Position numbers and translations under genes: made by a program. A DNA stretch of 64,000 nucleotides. Origin: an uncultured Aquirufa sp. (GTDB lineage: Bacteria; Bacteroidota; Bacteroidia; Cytophagales; Spirosomataceae). The notes under the pieces were generated by a model. That model did no database searches. It was not told the DNA's origin and was given only the letters and a program-made list of their open reading frames with translations. Below, piece by piece: positions 19,898 through 30,175 of this stretch. The DNA lies in NCBI GenBank assembly GCA_964618445.1, contig CAZUAZ010000001.1, positions 3,577 through 67,576 of the forward strand, read 5' to 3'. Numbering within the stretch: the first letter of the stretch is position 1; the number at the start of each line of letters is the position of its first letter.

Positions 19898-20212
19898 ATG
19901 AAAATTGATATCAAATTACCAGGAATTGAAAATTGCCCTGTCAATACCATTGTATATATTGAAGGCAAAGGAAATTACAGCATTGTTCACTTGAAAAATC
20001 AAAAACAAGTAGTCATGGCAAAAACCCTTAAAAAATTTGAAGCTCAATTACGTTTAAATCAATTTGTACGCATACACAAGTCCTATCTTGTCAACAAAGA
20101 AAATATCCCCGCATTCGATGCTCAAGGTGCAACTGTAGTTCCCACAGCACTAGGAACCACATTGCCCATCTCACGTAGAAAACTAGATTTTGTTCGAAGA
20201 ACATTCGCATAA
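19898..20212 (+). CDS. Stand-alone LytTR DNA-binding domain protein
   Basis: IVYIEGKGNYS, TLKKFE, FVRIHKSYLVN and LPISRRK motifs. No receiver domain. Confidence 0.9.
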   Translation: MKIDIKLPGIENCPVNTIVYIEGKGNYSIVHLKNQKQVVMAKTLKKFEAQLRLNQFVRIHKSYLVNKENIPAFDAQGATVVPTALGTTLPISRRKLDFVRRTFA

Positions 20213-20244
20213 AAAAAAGGCCTCATTATAGAGGCCTTTTTTTT
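20211..20244. terminator. Bidirectional terminator between convergent genes
   Basis: A8-GGCCTC-ATTATA-GAGGCC-T8. Confidence 0.88.
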
Positions 20245-20263
20245 ATGAATACTAATCTCTTAA

Positions 20264-21166
20264 TTATTTCCCAGAAGTTTGAGGAGTCATTAAGTTAAAG
20301 AATTGATCCAACTTCGGAGTCACGATAATCTCCGTACGACGATTCTGCTTGCGTCCCGCGCGGCTATTATTTCCTGATTGTGGTTCATACTCTCCACGAC
20401 CTCCAGCAGTCATACGCTCAGGATCAACTCCAAATTTCGTCTGCAACAAACGGACAACAGATGTAGCACGCTTTGCAGAAAGATCCCAGTTGTCTTTAAA
20501 CTCTGGTGTCGAAATTGGCACCGCATCTGTGTGTCCTTCCACTAAAATATCTAAATCTTTGTGATCGTTTACCACCTTAGCAACTTTAGCTAATACAGCT
20601 TCTGCTTTCGAATTTACATTAGCTGAACCCGAAGCAAACATTAATTTATCAGAGATTGAGATATAAACAACTCCTTTTTTCACTTCAACAGTTACATCTT
20701 CATCATTAATATCAGCTAAAGAACGCTTCAAATTCATCACTAAAGATAAATTAACAGAGTCTTTACGTTGAATTGATGAGTTCAAGTCTTTGATGTATTT
20801 TCCTTGTTCATTTAATGCGTCTAATGACTTACGGATACTTTCAGCACCTGATTTATTAATAACAGAAAGATCAGACAGTCGATCCAACAAATTTGTATTT
20901 GTCTTCTTCATATAATCTAATTGCTCCTGAATTGACTTCAATGCTGCTGTTTTAGTTTCTAAGTCAGCATCTCTCTTCTTGATTTCTCCTTGAAGACTTG
21001 CTGTCAATGATTGACAATCTGCCAAATCTGATTTAGCACGTGAAACCGCTTGGTCACTGCTAGTTTGTAATTCTGTCAAACGAGACTGTAACTCAGCCAT
21101 TTTTTTCTTGCTTGAACAAGCGAAAAAGAACGGCATCATCGCCAAGACTAATAGTAGTTTTTTCAT
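20264..21166 (-). CDS. OmpA/MotB-family lipoprotein with coiled coil
   Basis: Lipobox FFAC, and VEGHTD, NWDLSAKRA and NRRTEI motifs. Confidence 0.88.
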   Translation of the reverse strand: MKKLLLVLAMMPFFFACSSKKKMAELQSRLTELQTSSDQAVSRAKSDLADCQSLTASLQGEIKKRDADLETKTAALKSIQEQLDYMKKTNTNLLDRLSDLSVINKSGAESIRKSLDALNEQGKYIKDLNSSIQRKDSVNLSLVMNLKRSLADINDEDVTVEVKKGVVYISISDKLMFASGSANVNSKAEAVLAKVAKVVNDHKDLDILVEGHTDAVPISTPEFKDNWDLSAKRATSVVRLLQTKFGVDPERMTAGGRGEYEPQSGNNSRAGRKQNRRTEIIVTPKLDQFFNLMTPQTSGK

Positions 21167-21254
21167 AAAATTAAAGTTAAGTAACTATGGGTAAATAAGA
21201 TTTTAGCAAAAATATAAATCAAAAATATATAATTTGTCCTGAAAACCGAAAAAA

Positions 21255-23045
21255 TTAAAAAATATAGCCATTTTTTGTTATGGCAGCCTGTGCAATCACA
21301 CGTCTTGCTTCAATTAAATTCTTAGGTGCTATTTTCGTAAAACGTTTCAACCCCATTAGCAATACATTAAGCTCATCCCCTTTTGCAAATCCCATAATAA
21401 CCTCTTTCCCCGCATTATGTATCTTATCTACAGCCTCATGTAAATAAACAAGTGCACATTCATAGGCTACCTGATGCTTTTCCTGACCATCACGCTGAAC
21501 TAATTTATCAACACGCGCTAAAGCAGATTCAGCGATGTACACCTCAATCATCATATCCGAGACCCCCATCAGAATTTCTTGCTCTTGCTCAATTGCCGTT
21601 GTAAATTTTTGCAAAGCAGCGCCAGAAGTCATTAATATTGCCTTTTTTAGATTCGCTATCACCTGATACTCTTTTCCAAAAATTCCCTCAGGCACCGAAC
21701 TACTAAAATCTGGAACTCCTAAAATCTCTTTACCCACAGCCATTGCCGCAGGCATTAATTCAATTTCCCCTTTCATGGCTCGCTTTAATACAGTTCCAAT
21801 CGCAAGCAAACGGTTTATTTCGTTTGTCCCTTCAAAGATTCTATTGATACGTGAATCCCGGTAAGCCCGCTCCATGGGCGCCTCCGCCGAAAATCCCATA
21901 CCCCCAAAAATCTGAACCCCTTCATCCACAACAAAATCTAGAACCTCAGAAGCGTGCACCTTTAAAATGGCGCATTCTATGGCAAATTGCTCAACACCCT
22001 TCAACTTCGCCTCAGCATCACCCATACCTCCAGCCTTTAAACTCACAATCGAATCATCGATATTTTGACCGGCACGGTAAGAAGCAGATTCTGAAGCATA
22101 AATTTTTACAATCATCGAGGCCAACTTAGCCTGAATCGCACCAAAAGATTGAATTGACTGTCCAAATTGCTTACGCTCATAAGAATAATTCACCGCCTGG
22201 TCTACCACCTGTTTTGCCCCGCCCAACACAGCTGCAGCTAATTTGATTCGACCAATATTCAGAATATTTACAGCAATTTTAAATCCTCCTTCTCGTTCAA
22301 AAAGTAAATTCTCTTTAGGAACCTCACAGTCCGTAAAAAATACCTGGCGTGTCGAACTCCCTTTTATGCCCATTTTATGCTCCTCCGCATTCATGGTTAT
22401 GCCCGGAAATGACTTTTCAACTAGAAAAGCTGTTAGCTTCTTGTCATCGTCAATCTTTGCAAAAACAATGAATAAATCTGCAAATCCTCCATTCGTGATC
22501 CACATTTTCTGACCATTAATCACATAATGGGTACCCGCCGAATTTAATTTTGCTTTCGTCTTCGCAGCATTCGCATCAGATCCAGAATCTGGTTCGGTCA
22601 AGCAATAAGCAGCTTTCCATTCGCCTGATGCTAATTTGGGAAGATACATTTGTTTTTGCGCTTCTGTCCCATAATATACAATTGGCAAGGTTCCAATTCC
22701 CGTATGCGCTGAAAGTGCCACGGCAAAAGAATGTCCAGCGCCACAAGCCTCAGCCACAAGCATAGAGGTATTAAAATCCATACCAAAACCACCATATTCC
22801 TCCGGAACAGAAGTGCCCAGCAACCCTAACTCGCCAGCTTTATCTAAAAGGCCAACCATGACAGAGGTATCCGTCGCATAATCAATTTGATCTAAAATAG
22901 GATGAACTTCGGACTTGATAAAATCAAGACACGTTTGACCGATCATTTTTTGCTCCTCGGTGAAATCCTCTGGAATAAACACTTCTAATGGCTCTACTGG
23001 ACGAATTAAAAATTCACCTCCTTTAATGGCTATTGAACTACTCAT
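21255..23045 (-). CDS. Acyl-CoA dehydrogenase (VLCAD-like)
   Basis: YCLTEPDSGSD, NGQKMWITNG, RKQFG, QIFGGMG and RIFEGTNEI motifs. Confidence 0.93.
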   Translation of the reverse strand: MSSSIAIKGGEFLIRPVEPLEVFIPEDFTEEQKMIGQTCLDFIKSEVHPILDQIDYATDTSVMVGLLDKAGELGLLGTSVPEEYGGFGMDFNTSMLVAEACGAGHSFAVALSAHTGIGTLPIVYYGTEAQKQMYLPKLASGEWKAAYCLTEPDSGSDANAAKTKAKLNSAGTHYVINGQKMWITNGGFADLFIVFAKIDDDKKLTAFLVEKSFPGITMNAEEHKMGIKGSSTRQVFFTDCEVPKENLLFEREGGFKIAVNILNIGRIKLAAAVLGGAKQVVDQAVNYSYERKQFGQSIQSFGAIQAKLASMIVKIYASESASYRAGQNIDDSIVSLKAGGMGDAEAKLKGVEQFAIECAILKVHASEVLDFVVDEGVQIFGGMGFSAEAPMERAYRDSRINRIFEGTNEINRLLAIGTVLKRAMKGEIELMPAAMAVGKEILGVPDFSSSVPEGIFGKEYQVIANLKKAILMTSGAALQKFTTAIEQEQEILMGVSDMMIEVYIAESALARVDKLVQRDGQEKHQVAYECALVYLHEAVDKIHNAGKEVIMGFAKGDELNVLLMGLKRFTKIAPKNLIEARRVIAQAAITKNGYIF

Positions 23046-23512
23046 GGCTTTAACTTTAGTTTTGTTGATACAGACTCTATAATTGTATTTGATTCCTGCT
23101 CTAATATCTGATTGATAGAAGCAATTACTTCAAAAAAATCACTGATTTTTTGTTCACCAATGCGCTGATAAACAAGCTCATTAAATAAAATAACTCCTTG
23201 CCGCGCTTGATCACGCTTCTCCTTCCCTAAATCAGTCAAAAATATTTTAACCACACGCTTGTCGGCATAATTCGCCTCCCGTCGAATCCATTTTTTATCC
23301 TCTAATGTCTTCAACATACGCGTTAAACTTCTGGACTCCAAACCAAGGGCCGGTGCAATTTTTGTAGCAGGTGTACCTTCTTTGTCGATGTGCAACAGCA
23401 CATAGCCAATAGCCATGGTCATGTCAAATTGGGCGGAAAATGTGTTGTACATGCGGGAAATAGCATACCAACTAGACTTAATTTGGAAATCGACGGTTTT
23501 TTCTGCTTTCAT
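23042..23512 (-). CDS. MarR-family transcriptional regulator
   Basis: wHTH pattern SLTRMLKTLEDKKWIRR...DKRVVKIFLT. The probable start is MKAEK at 23512, and the gene overlaps the ACAD start by ATGA. Confidence 0.88.
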   Translation of the reverse strand: MKAEKTVDFQIKSSWYAISRMYNTFSAQFDMTMAIGYVLLHIDKEGTPATKIAPALGLESRSLTRMLKTLEDKKWIRREANYADKRVVKIFLTDLGKEKRDQARQGVILFNELVYQRIGEQKISDFFEVIASINQILEQESNTIIESVSTKLKLKP

Positions 23513-23522
23513 ATTTTGTATT

Positions 23523-23538
23523 TGTATGCACCCATACA
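23523..23538. promoter_or_regulatory. Putative MarR operator
   Basis: TGTATG-CACC-CATACA palindrome 10 bp upstream of the probable marR start. Confidence 0.45.
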
Positions 23539-23554
23539 CAAGTAAATTTGAAAC

Positions 23555-23585
23555 AAAAAAAAATAGGATGCAAGCATCCTATTTT
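23555..23585 (-). terminator. Intrinsic terminator of the atpD-atpC-lipoprotein unit
   Basis: AAAATAGGATGC/GCATCCTATTTT inverted repeat with a T-run on the minus strand. Confidence 0.8.
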
Positions 23586-23605
23586 GAAAATTCTATAAAC
23601 ATTTC

Positions 23606-24142
23606 TTATTTGATTCGATTTCCGCGCATACGTTTGCTATTAACCTTCAAACCAGAAAAAGAAGATTTCATAATTAGCAAGCGAACCTTCTTCTTGTTGT
23701 AAAGTAGATACTTGTTGCCGTCATATGATAAACGGGAAAATGTTGGACTACCTGAATCATCTACTAATTGATAGTAATACTCACCTCGCTCGCCTAAAAC
23801 AGGAGCAAAATGTAAGCTTTTTTCAATTCCTGCACCCGCCTCAAAAGAAATCAATAATTGATCTTGTAATTCTTTCACTAAAACGCCAGGCGTTTGTGGC
23901 TCTAGATTAACGCGATTAATTGACTTACCATTGACAATCATCACCTTACCCGATTTTACATTGGCATCAGAAGCATTTAATTCGCGTTCCAAAAACAAGG
24001 CGTTGTCATTATAAAACTGAATTTTATCTAATGGCAATTGATTTTCTTTAATTAAAGTCATTAAAGAACCTGTTAACTGCGTTTTTTCTGAACAAGATGA
24101 CAGTAAACCTAGACCTAGAAATAAAATCGCAACTCGTTTCAT
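23606..24142 (-). CDS. Hypothetical lipoprotein
   Basis: Lipobox LSSC at about residue 17, in a clean 178-aa ORF just downstream of atpC. Confidence 0.7.
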   Translation of the reverse strand: MKRVAILFLGLGLLSSCSEKTQLTGSLMTLIKENQLPLDKIQFYNDNALFLERELNASDANVKSGKVMIVNGKSINRVNLEPQTPGVLVKELQDQLLISFEAGAGIEKSLHFAPVLGERGEYYYQLVDDSGSPTFSRLSYDGNKYLLYNKKKVRLLIMKSSFSGLKVNSKRMRGNRIK

Positions 24143-24148
24143 CGATGA

Positions 24149-24379
24149 TTAATTTATGCCTTCTGCAAGGATTAAAACTTTATTGTTTAATACTTCAACG
24201 ACACCACCTTCAATTTGAAAAACATCCTTATCAGCCGAAAGCGTACCTTTCTCTAGCGTACTAACCAAGGCCGCGTGATCATTCAAAATTTGAAAAGATC
24301 CATCCACGCCTGGTAATGTTACTACAGAAGCCTCTCCGGCAAATACCTTACGATCAGGTGTTATTATTTCTACAAACAT
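24149..24379 (-). CDS. atpC: ATP synthase epsilon subunit (short form)
   Basis: VEIITPD, LPGVDGSFQILNDHA and GGVVEV motifs. Confidence 0.93.
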   Translation of the reverse strand: MFVEIITPDRKVFAGEASVVTLPGVDGSFQILNDHAALVSTLEKGTLSADKDVFQIEGGVVEVLNNKVLILAEGIN

Positions 24380-24387
24380 AGTTTTTC

Positions 24388-26043
<1,656 letters not shown>

Positions 26044-26081
26044 TTATGCAGAAATTAGATTTTTAATTTCAAGCCGAAATC

Positions 26082-28232
26082 GTGCAACAAAAAATTCAAA
26101 CGATAGTTCTTAGCCTTCTAGGCTTCCTTTGCCTTGGTTGCCTCGGTTTTTTAATGTGGCTTAAACCCGAACTTATCCAAGTCAATGAAATAAGCGAATT
26201 AATTCCTGACCAAGGAACTGTTGATCAAAACCAAGCTTTACAATTACAGTCAACAATCTTGTTTGTTCGCCAATCGTTCAATTTATCCGTTATTACTCCT
26301 TCTATTTGGCCGATAGTATTTTCCATTCTCTTGTTCAGCATAGGACTCGGCGTGCTTATCGTTTTATTCAAAAAAATATCAAACATTTCGTGGGCCTACA
26401 TGGGAAGCGGCCTAATCCTTGGATTGAGTATTATTTTCTGGTCGTTACCACAAATAAATACAACTGATTTAATCCTTTTTCTGTCAGATCAAATAAGCAT
26501 CCTCTGCATTGCTGCCCTCATGTTACTATCCATTTTGTCTTCAGCAGCGATACCACAAGCTATTTTTCAGATTGGCCACACGAATTCTTATTCGCTTAGC
26601 TTAAAAAACTGGTCGATTTTAGCTGGATTTTATGTGGCAAATTTATTACTCACTTATGCAAACACACATCTGCATTGGGATTTAGGACTGCATATACCTC
26701 CAATCCTTTTCGGAATCGCTAGTTGGATTTTATTTCTTTGGCATGATAAAAATAATGTACTTCTCCGTATTGGCCTCGGTTTCGTGGCTACAGCAATCAT
26801 ATTGAACTGGGCTTCGCTCGGGAATGATGCAGGTATTGCAGCATGGGAACAATGGTCCTTGATATGCCAATTAACCATGTCCGTACTTTTCCCTCTTTTC
26901 CTGATTAGTAATTTTCAAACTCCCATTCGCCAGAATTTACCTGTGTACAAGATTACACATAAAGCGCCTCGGGTACCATTGAACCTAATTTACATCGGCG
27001 TCTGTATCCTAAGTGTCGCCTGGGTATTTGCACGGAATGGAAGCGCCTGGCATCAAGTCAAAGCAGCCGTTGCGAATCAGTCGGGAGATATTGCTTGGTT
27101 ACTTCATGATAAAAAGCAAGCGGAATTTGCCTATCAAAATGCCATGGGATACAGTAAGCTAAACGGGCAAAGTAGCTTTCGGTTAGCCAATTTAGCCTTG
27201 GAATCTCAAGACTTGGAGGCCGCTGCATATTACTTGACCACAAGCCAACTGAAACATCCGACAGATGCAAGCTATGTAGGGTTGGCCAATATATTCCAAC
27301 AAGAAAACCAGTACTTTCAAGCACTTTTTACACTTCAAAAGGCCAATCAAATTTTCCCCGACAACCTACGAATCTTGACCCAAATGGCTCGCACCTATGA
27401 AAGTCTTCAGATGGCAGACTCCGCACAATATTTTTACCAAAAAGCAGCTTTAGCCTTTCCAAAAACTGCACTAGCACAAGCTAACCTACTATATTCCCAA
27501 AAAAAGGTCAATCTAGATTTTTCATTAGATGATCCCGCAATTCACACCAATAAACTTGCCATTTTGCTCAAAAACGGCACTTTTTCGACAGACACCCCTT
27601 CGATAGAAAACCTTGAGCCAACAGGTGATTTGCGCGATTGGGCAAACATTTACAACTCCATGCTTTATTTCAAAGGCAAGCTAGGCATACTGCCAACACA
27701 GCGATGGATCGCCTTAGGATATGGAAATACTATTTTTCCTGAATTACTTCTGCTAGACGCTTGGCAGGATTACTACCATCAAAAACCGTTGCGCGCGCTG
27801 GAGAAACTTAGTCTTGTGGTGGATTCAGATGCAACAGGTAAACTAGATGCCTATAAAAACATTGTTGATTTTTGGCAAAAATCAATGCGGATGACGCGCG
27901 GCCAACTACCCAAGAAAGACCTGAAATCTGCTCTTTTGGCCATTCAAACGTATCCATTCCAACCCGACATACTTCAGGAAGCCATACTTATTTTGAATGA
28001 CAATAAAAGAGAAAAACAAGCCTATGAAGCCAGCTTGCAAGCTGCACGATGGAATGAAAACGAGGCCGTTTTCCAGTGGATTTATGCGCTTCAGGCGCTA
28101 AAAATGGGTGAAATCGATTATGCCAAAGAGGCCATGAACCGCTTATTTATTTTAGATAAAAAGCTTTTTACAGCGAGCAAATCCGTATTTGATAAGGAAT
28201 TGCTACAAGCTGTGGCCCGACAAAAATTCTAG
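26082..28232 (+). CDS. Multi-pass membrane protein with C-terminal TPR region
   Basis: Many hydrophobic segments in the first ~320 aa, followed by TPR-like helices (YVGLANIFQQ..ALFTLQKA..FP). GTG start. Confidence 0.7.
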   Translation: MQQKIQTIVLSLLGFLCLGCLGFLMWLKPELIQVNEISELIPDQGTVDQNQALQLQSTILFVRQSFNLSVITPSIWPIVFSILLFSIGLGVLIVLFKKISNISWAYMGSGLILGLSIIFWSLPQINTTDLILFLSDQISILCIAALMLLSILSSAAIPQAIFQIGHTNSYSLSLKNWSILAGFYVANLLLTYANTHLHWDLGLHIPPILFGIASWILFLWHDKNNVLLRIGLGFVATAIILNWASLGNDAGIAAWEQWSLICQLTMSVLFPLFLISNFQTPIRQNLPVYKITHKAPRVPLNLIYIGVCILSVAWVFARNGSAWHQVKAAVANQSGDIAWLLHDKKQAEFAYQNAMGYSKLNGQSSFRLANLALESQDLEAAAYYLTTSQLKHPTDASYVGLANIFQQENQYFQALFTLQKANQIFPDNLRILTQMARTYESLQMADSAQYFYQKAALAFPKTALAQANLLYSQKKVNLDFSLDDPAIHTNKLAILLKNGTFSTDTPSIENLEPTGDLRDWANIYNSMLYFKGKLGILPTQRWIALGYGNTIFPELLLLDAWQDYYHQKPLRALEKLSLVVDSDATGKLDAYKNIVDFWQKSMRMTRGQLPKKDLKSALLAIQTYPFQPDILQEAILILNDNKREKQAYEASLQAARWNENEAVFQWIYALQALKMGEIDYAKEAMNRLFILDKKLFTASKSVFDKELLQAVARQKF

Positions 28233-28238
28233 CAGAGA

Positions 28239-28270
28239 TTTGGTAGTCAGCCTTTTATGATTTACTTTTG
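28239..28270 (+). promoter_or_regulatory. Promoter for rpsJ
   Basis: TTTG-N20-TACTTTTG. Confidence 0.8.
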
Positions 28271-28341
28271 CCATTCGAATAAAAATACCCAGCGGAGTTA
28301 ATGGTTCTTTCGCGCGGTATTCACCTAATGAACCAAATTTT

Positions 28342-28647
28342 ATGAATCAAAAAATTCGCATTAAGTTGAAGTCGTTCGACCATACATTGGTTGACAAATC
28401 AGCTGAAAAAATCGTTAAGGCGGTTAAAGCTACAGGTGCTGTTGTTTCAGGCCCGATTCCATTACCTACAAAAATTGAGAAATTCACTGTATTGCGTTCA
28501 CCACACGTGAACAAGAAAGCGCGTGAGCAGTTTCAATTGTGTACGTACAAGCGTTTAATTGACATCTTCTCTTCTTCTGCCAAAACAGTGGATGCATTGA
28601 TGAAATTAGAATTGCCTTCAGGTGTTGATGTTGAAATCAAAGTTTAA
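28342..28647 (+). CDS. rpsJ: 30S ribosomal protein S10 (NusE)
   Basis: [31 protein letters not shown] and [10 protein letters not shown] motifs. Confidence 0.98.
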   Translation: MNQKIRIKLKSFDHTLVDKSAEKIVKAVKATGAVVSGPIPLPTKIEKFTVLRSPHVNKKAREQFQLCTYKRLIDIFSSSAKTVDALMKLELPSGVDVEIKV

Positions 28648-28670
28648 CTTTCGTTTGACTTCACACACAC

Positions 28671-28703
28671 AAAACCTCTCCAGGAAACTGAAGAGGTTTT
28701 TTT
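28671..28703. terminator. Terminator after rpsJ (probably bidirectional)
   Basis: AAAACCTCT-C-CAG-GAAA-CTG-A-AGAGGTTTT followed by a T-run. Confidence 0.82.
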
Positions 28704-29454
28704 ATTGAAACAATTGAATGATTTTTCGAATGGGCTTGAGTGTTACCGTAAAAAAATATGGCTTCAACTCATTTAACGCCCAAGCCTTGCGATCCTCACG
28801 ATTGGCTACCCAGCGGTGCTTCCACGAAGCCGTACTCGTTCCGCCGTTACGCATTGTCATCAGCAATTTAGGTAAGTAAGCAACAGATATCCGATGTTTA
28901 TACAGCGCCCGTAACATCCACTCATAGTCCGCAGCACACGTAAAATCTGTTCGATAATTTCCTAATCGCTCATATACATCTCGCTTGACATAAAATGACA
29001 AATGAGGTGGCATCCAACCGTAAAGCCAATTTTTGACTTGATATGCTCCGGCTTTCCAATACCGAACCACGCGCATGGTTTCAGGGTCTATAAATTGAAT
29101 ATCGCCATAAATAGCATCGGTTTGATTTGCTTGAAAACTAGCTACTACGGATGAAATAACATCAGCAGTTGGGTAAAAGTCATCCGCTCCAATTACGCCA
29201 ACAATGTCACCAGATATCCGTGCTAAGCCTTTATTCAACGCATCATATATGCCAGAATCCATTTCAGAAATAAAATGAACTCTTCCAGCATAGGATTCCA
29301 AGATCTCGACACTACCATCGTTTGAACCTCCATCGATTACCCAATATTCGATATTGGCATAATCTTGACTTAATACACTATCAATGGTCTGCCTTAAGGT
29401 GGCAGCCGATTGATAAGCGACAGTTAAAATGGATACTTTCACGGTGTGGGACAA
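28702..29454 (-). CDS. Glycosyltransferase family 2 (WcaE-like)
   Basis: SILTVAY, IDGGSNDGS, DSGIYDALNKG, ADD and ADYEW motifs. Confidence 0.9.
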   Translation of the reverse strand: MSHTVKVSILTVAYQSAATLRQTIDSVLSQDYANIEYWVIDGGSNDGSVEILESYAGRVHFISEMDSGIYDALNKGLARISGDIVGVIGADDFYPTADVISSVVASFQANQTDAIYGDIQFIDPETMRVVRYWKAGAYQVKNWLYGWMPPHLSFYVKRDVYERLGNYRTDFTCAADYEWMLRALYKHRISVAYLPKLLMTMRNGGTSTASWKHRWVANREDRKAWALNELKPYFFTVTLKPIRKIIQLFQ

Positions 29455-29567
29455 AGAACAAATTTAAATATTATATTTTTTTTACTTGGGGCTTGACAAA
29501 AATATATTTTTACGTACCTTTGCAAACCCAATTCGATTCTAACGGTCGGATTTAAATTAATAAAGCA

Positions 29568-29723
29568 ATGAAAAGAACGTTCCAACCCTCAGTACGTAAA
29601 AGAAAGAACAAGCACGGATTCCGTGAGCGTATGTCTACTGCAAATGGTCGTCGTGTGTTAACTGCACGTCGCGCAAAAGGTCGTCATAAATTATCTGTTT
29701 CTGACGAGAAGAGAGGTAAATAA
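29568..29723 (+). CDS. rpmH: 50S ribosomal protein L34 (not in ORF track)
   Basis: Read directly as [59 protein letters not shown] promoter element at 29515..29522. Confidence 0.97.
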   Translation: MKRTFQPSVRKRKNKHGFRERMSTANGRRVLTARRAKGRHKLSVSDEKRGK

Positions 29724-29782
29724 GCCATAGATTAGAGTAGAGCTGATTTCTGGCTAGCTGTTACTTAAAAAGTATTCTTGCC

Positions 29783-30175
29783 GTGAAATTTAATTTTCCG
29801 AAATCAGAGCGTTTAACGCAACTCAAAATTATAGATTCTTTATTCCAAAAGGATAGCCAAACGGTACACAACCGATTTGTCTATCCTTTTCGAGTTTTGT
29901 ACCAGGTAACTCCCTCAGGTACTAGCCCCAACAAGCCCCAAATCGTTATATCGGTCCCAAAGCGTAAATTCAAAAAAGCAGTTGATCGAAATTTGATCAA
30001 ACGCAGGATCCGAGAGGCCTACCGACTAACTAAGCCCTTTTTCGAAGGGGATGAATTTCAAGCGCTTCCTTGCTACATGGGTTTTGTTTATATTGGGTCC
30101 GCTATTGAACCATATGACCTAATCAAAAAACGCATGGAATCCATATTGAAGGAGTTTAGCACAGCAAAATCATGA
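29783..30175 (+). CDS. rnpA: Ribonuclease P protein component
   Basis: FPKSERL and SVPKRKFKKAVDRNLIKRRIREAYR. Follows rpmH. Confidence 0.94.
   Translation: MKFNFPKSERLTQLKIIDSLFQKDSQTVHNRFVYPFRVLYQVTPSGTSPNKPQIVISVPKRKFKKAVDRNLIKRRIREAYRLTKPFFEGDEFQALPCYMGFVYIGSAIEPYDLIKKRMESILKEFSTAKS

Noticed and set aside
20264-21166. Flagellar motB
   Set aside because: It is a lipoprotein without the MotB TM Asp helix, and there are no motA or flagellar genes. It is a generic OmpA-like peptidoglycan-binding protein.
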